A DNA stretch of 64,000 bases from an uncultured Chloroflexia bacterium (lineage in GTDB: Bacteria > Chloroflexota > Limnocylindria > Limnocylindrales > CSP1-4), in assembly GCA_963727585.1 (NCBI GenBank), contig CAVSHH010000008.1, forward strand, positions 112,411-176,410. Reading direction: 5' to 3'. The position numbers were made by a program, and so were the translations under genes. Shown in pieces: positions 61,503 through 64,000 of this stretch. Under the pieces are notes generated by a model. That model was not told the DNA's origin and ran no database searches. It was given only the letters and a program-made list of their open reading frames with translations. How positions within the stretch are numbered: position 1 is the first letter of the stretch; each line of letters opens with the position of its first letter.

Positions 61503-62549
61503 GTGATGCGTACCAACCGCACCTGGCCGCCCGCAACCCGCGGACACGGGCCTGAAGGCGAGCGTGGCCAGATCCTGGTCCTGATGGCCGGCGGCCTCGT
61601 CGCGATGCTGCTCGTCGTCGGGCTGGTGATCGACACCGGCGTCGCGTTCAAGGAGCGCCGGGGCGCCCAGAACATCTCCGACCTCGCGGCCCTGGCCGGA
61701 ACGCGGATCGTCGCCGACTGGTACCTGGACCCGTCGGCCGGCCTCAGCGGCGCCGACGTGTACGACGCCATCGACGAGAGCGTCACCATCAACGGATGCA
61801 TCGCGCCTTGCACGTGGACCGCCGACTACGTGCAGCCCCACCCTGACTACACCACCACGTCGCTGGGGCCGGTGGCCGATAGCGGTGACATCCCCTCCGG
61901 CGCCCAGGGCGTCGCCGTCACCACCAACCGCAACCCGGAGACCTACTTCATCCGGCTGGTGGGCATGGACCACTGGGATGTCGGGGCGAGCGCGACGGCG
62001 TCCACATCGCGATTGCCGCAGCCGCCGCCGGGAGTCCTGCTCCCGCTGGCCATCTTCGACGCCGACTACCAGGTGGGCCAGGCGTACCAGCTCACGGTCG
62101 GTGACGAGGGCCCGGGCAACTTCGGCTGGCTCAACTGGAACGACACGCCGCCATTCAACGACGTGATGCTCCGCAACAGCGTCTGCACCCCGGACAACCC
62201 GGCCTTCCTGTTCCCCGAGTGGTTCGAGGGTTCCACGGGCGCGAAGAATGACAGCACCCTGCGCGCATGTCTCGACGCGTATATCGCCAACCAGACGGTC
62301 GTCTACATCCCGCTCTGGCAGCAGGTCCAGGACCCGCACGGCATCCACCTGCAGTACGAGATCGTGGGCGTGGCGGCATTCGTGCTCACGTCCTACACGA
62401 ACCCGGCCGTGAACACCATCACGGGACGGTTCGTCGAGTTCTACTCGTACCCCGGCGTGCCGGCCGGATTCGGGCTGCCGCCGTGCTCCGCCACCACGGA
62501 TCCCACCGACTGCGACGAGCGGACCAACTTCATCGGCCTGATCCAGTAG
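61503..62549 (+). CDS. TadG-like (Tad N-terminal TadE/G-like domain) putative pilus-associated protein
   Basis: ERGQILVLMAGGLVAMLLVVGLVIDTGVAFKERRGAQNISDLAALAGTR matches the Tad N-terminal pattern. The likely start is the ATG at 61506, 8 nt after AGGAG. The frame is intact (348 aa). The C-terminal domain is unassigned. Confidence 0.75.
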   Translation: MMRTNRTWPPATRGHGPEGERGQILVLMAGGLVAMLLVVGLVIDTGVAFKERRGAQNISDLAALAGTRIVADWYLDPSAGLSGADVYDAIDESVTINGCIAPCTWTADYVQPHPDYTTTSLGPVADSGDIPSGAQGVAVTTNRNPETYFIRLVGMDHWDVGASATASTSRLPQPPPGVLLPLAIFDADYQVGQAYQLTVGDEGPGNFGWLNWNDTPPFNDVMLRNSVCTPDNPAFLFPEWFEGSTGAKNDSTLRACLDAYIANQTVVYIPLWQQVQDPHGIHLQYEIVGVAAFVLTSYTNPAVNTITGRFVEFYSYPGVPAGFGLPPCSATTDPTDCDERTNFIGLIQ

Positions 62550-62617
62550 CGCGTTCGCGGGCATGACGCGGCGCCCGGTGGGCACGTGGCCCGCCGGGCG
62601 CTTCCGTGTGCGAAGGG

Positions 62618-62854
62618 TCAGGCGGGGTCGGTCTCCAGCGACGGCAACGAGGCCGGGCGGGCGGCCTGCGACGCGGGGACCGTCTCCGGCTTCACCCAGA
62701 TCCGGTGCAGCGGGTCCATCCCCACGAAGGCACCCACGGCCAGGCCCACGAATGGCCCGAGCTCGGCGGGGACACCCGTGAAGAAGGCGAGGAACGCCCA
62801 GGCGGTGGCGATGCACCAGACCCAGAGGAGAGCGGCGACAACTCGTCGGTTCAT
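62618..62854 (-). CDS. small hypothetical membrane protein
   Basis: 78 aa with two hydrophobic segments (VVAALLWVWCIATAWAFLAFF, GPFVGLAVGAFVG). There is no SD and no family match. It is the only non-junk reading in this gap. Confidence 0.35.
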   Translation of the reverse strand: MNRRVVAALLWVWCIATAWAFLAFFTGVPAELGPFVGLAVGAFVGMDPLHRIWVKPETVPASQAARPASLPSLETDPA

Positions 62855-63067
62855 GCCGGGAACGATCCACGGTGGCGCCCGCGCTGTGAACCCCGACTTC
62901 CGTACCGGACCGCGCTGACCTATCGCCCACCAGATCGGCCGGCTCCGGCAGGACCTTCGCGGGGCAGGACCATCGGATGCCGGCATGTAAGTTGCTGGGC
63001 AAGGTGCCGGACGAACCATGTCCGGTGCCGGCCGTCCGTTGGGCGGTCGTCCTGCAGGGGATCGTTC

Positions 63068-64000
63068 GTGACCTTCCACGCCCTCCGCCCGAGCCTTGGG
63101 CGGAACCGCACAGCCGATCCGGTGGGGTCGCGCGCGCGTCGGGTCGAGCGACCGGAGACCGCGACACACCAGCTCGGCCAGTCGCTGGTCGAGTTCGCGT
63201 TGATCCTGCCCGTGCTGCTGCTGCTGGTCGTCGCCGCCCTCGACTTCGGCCGGATCTACCTCGGCTACATCAACGTCCAGAACATGGCCCGGATCGCGGC
63301 GAACGAGGCGGCCAACAACCCGCAGGCGTGGAGTGTGGCTCCGGACACCGACGTCCAGGCCCGCTACCGCAACGAGATCCTCGAGGACAGCACCGCCAGC
63401 AACTGCGTCCTGCCCACGACGGGCGGCGGCGTCGAGATCATCCCCGACCCCATCTTCACCGACATGAACGCCGACGGCACGGCCGTCGGCCTGGGCGACA
63501 AGGTCACCGTGCAACTCACGTGCTACTTCACGGTCGCGACGCCCATGATCGCCAACATCCTGGGCAACCAGATCGAGGTGACCGCGGAGTCCGACTTCCC
63601 GGTCAAGGCCGGGATGACCTCCGTGCTGCCCGGTGGCGCGGGCGGAGGCGGAGGCGGCACGACGGCTCCGCCGGTCTCCGGCTTCGTCGCCAACAGCAGC
63701 GTGTTCTCTGCGGTGGGCCTGGCCGGCGACCTCACGGTGGCCGGTCCCGACGTCGCCGTCGATCTCCGCGACGGCTCAGGCGGCGGGACGCCCAGCGCCT
63801 GGGCGTGGACCGTCAGCGACGGCTCGACGTACTCGTCGCAGGACGTCGTGCACACCTTCCAGTGCCCCTCGCCCGACCCCATCACCAACCGCTGCGAGTT
63901 CTGGGTCCAGCTGGTCGCCTCCAACCCGTACGGCACCAGCGCCGCGGCAACGATGTACGTCCACGTCGTGGGCGCCGCCGACATCAACTTCGCGGCCGAC
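63068..64000 (+). CDS. TadE-like pseudopilin with Gly-rich linker and PKD-like C-terminal domain (partial, runs off window)
   Basis: It is absent from the ORF track because it has no stop, so I translated it by hand. The frame is open from 63068 to 64000. It contains LGQSLVEFALILPVLLLLVVAALDFGRIYLGYINVQNMARIAANEAA and a GGAGGGGGG linker. It also contains AWAWTVSDGSTYSSQDVVHTFQ..FWVQLVASNPYGTSAAATMYVHV. The start is GTG 63068 (after AGGGGA) or GTG 63122. Confidence 0.7.
   Translation, partial: MTFHALRPSLGRNRTADPVGSRARRVERPETATHQLGQSLVEFALILPVLLLLVVAALDFGRIYLGYINVQNMARIAANEAANNPQAWSVAPDTDVQARYRNEILEDSTASNCVLPTTGGGVEIIPDPIFTDMNADGTAVGLGDKVTVQLTCYFTVATPMIANILGNQIEVTAESDFPVKAGMTSVLPGGAGGGGGGTTAPPVSGFVANSSVFSAVGLAGDLTVAGPDVAVDLRDGSGGGTPSAWAWTVSDGSTYSSQDVVHTFQCPSPDPITNRCEFWVQLVASNPYGTSAAATMYVHVVGAADINFAAD

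Noticed and set aside
62618-63987. ORFs 62618-63514 (-) and 63523-63987 (-) from the track
   Set aside because: Upstream of residue MNRRV (62854) the first ORF is junk. Both overlap an open + strand frame encoding a clear TadE-like/PKD-like protein (63068-64000). That frame is missing from the track only because it has no stop inside the window. I kept only the 78-aa C-terminal part (62618-62854), as a low-confidence small membrane protein.

Overview
This is a very GC-rich bacterial chromosomal window, with third codon positions almost all G/C. The six-frame track therefore contains many long antisense or off-frame ORFs that I do not believe. I chose genes by recognisable protein families, Shine-Dalgarno or leaderless start geometry, and ATGA/GTGA/TTGA translational coupling. 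The organism looks Actinomycetota-like (polyphosphate glucokinase, leaderless-type promoters, Tad pseudopilins), but that taxonomy is inference.

Block 1 (0.1-33.7 kb) is a large Wzx/Wzy-type surface-glycan island.
- It has a CDP-sugar branch, a sulfotransferase-like gene, a PIG-L deacetylase and four glycosyltransferases.
- It has two FemAB/GNAT-like genes, an ornithine-cyclodeaminase-like gene and an ATP-grasp gene coupled to a PglC-type priming transferase.
- A DegT aminotransferase and a NeuD/PglD-type acyltransferase are split by an unusual cassette: VOC/epimerase-like, ACP, AsnB amidotransferase, NadE-like and ANL ligase genes.
- It also has three paralogous secreted beta-helix proteins, a Wzy/O-antigen-ligase-like protein, a Wzx flippase and a Wzz/BY-kinase.

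Block 2 (33.9-56.8 kb) is housekeeping. It holds gltBD, a Lon-N domain protein, erpA, a thiolase/enoyl-CoA hydratase/hydrolase/flavin reductase operon and an S9 peptidase. It also holds fumC, ppgK, a K+ channel, a Kef-type antiporter, a NUDIX hydrolase and purEK.

Block 3 (56.8-64 kb) is accessory.
- It has a GrpB remnant and an OmpR/histidine-kinase pair.
- It has three TadE-like pseudopilins with the G/XXXXEF motif. One carries two PASTA-like domains and one carries a PKD-like domain.
- It has a TadG-like protein.
- The stretch ~56.8-61.3 kb carries roughly 17 apparent frameshifts, while the rest of the window is intact.

I recognised no rRNA, tRNA, CRISPR array, transposase or integrase. 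The best candidates for something undescribed are the acyl-carrier/amidotransferase sugar-decoration cassette and the PASTA/PKD-bearing Tad pseudopilins.
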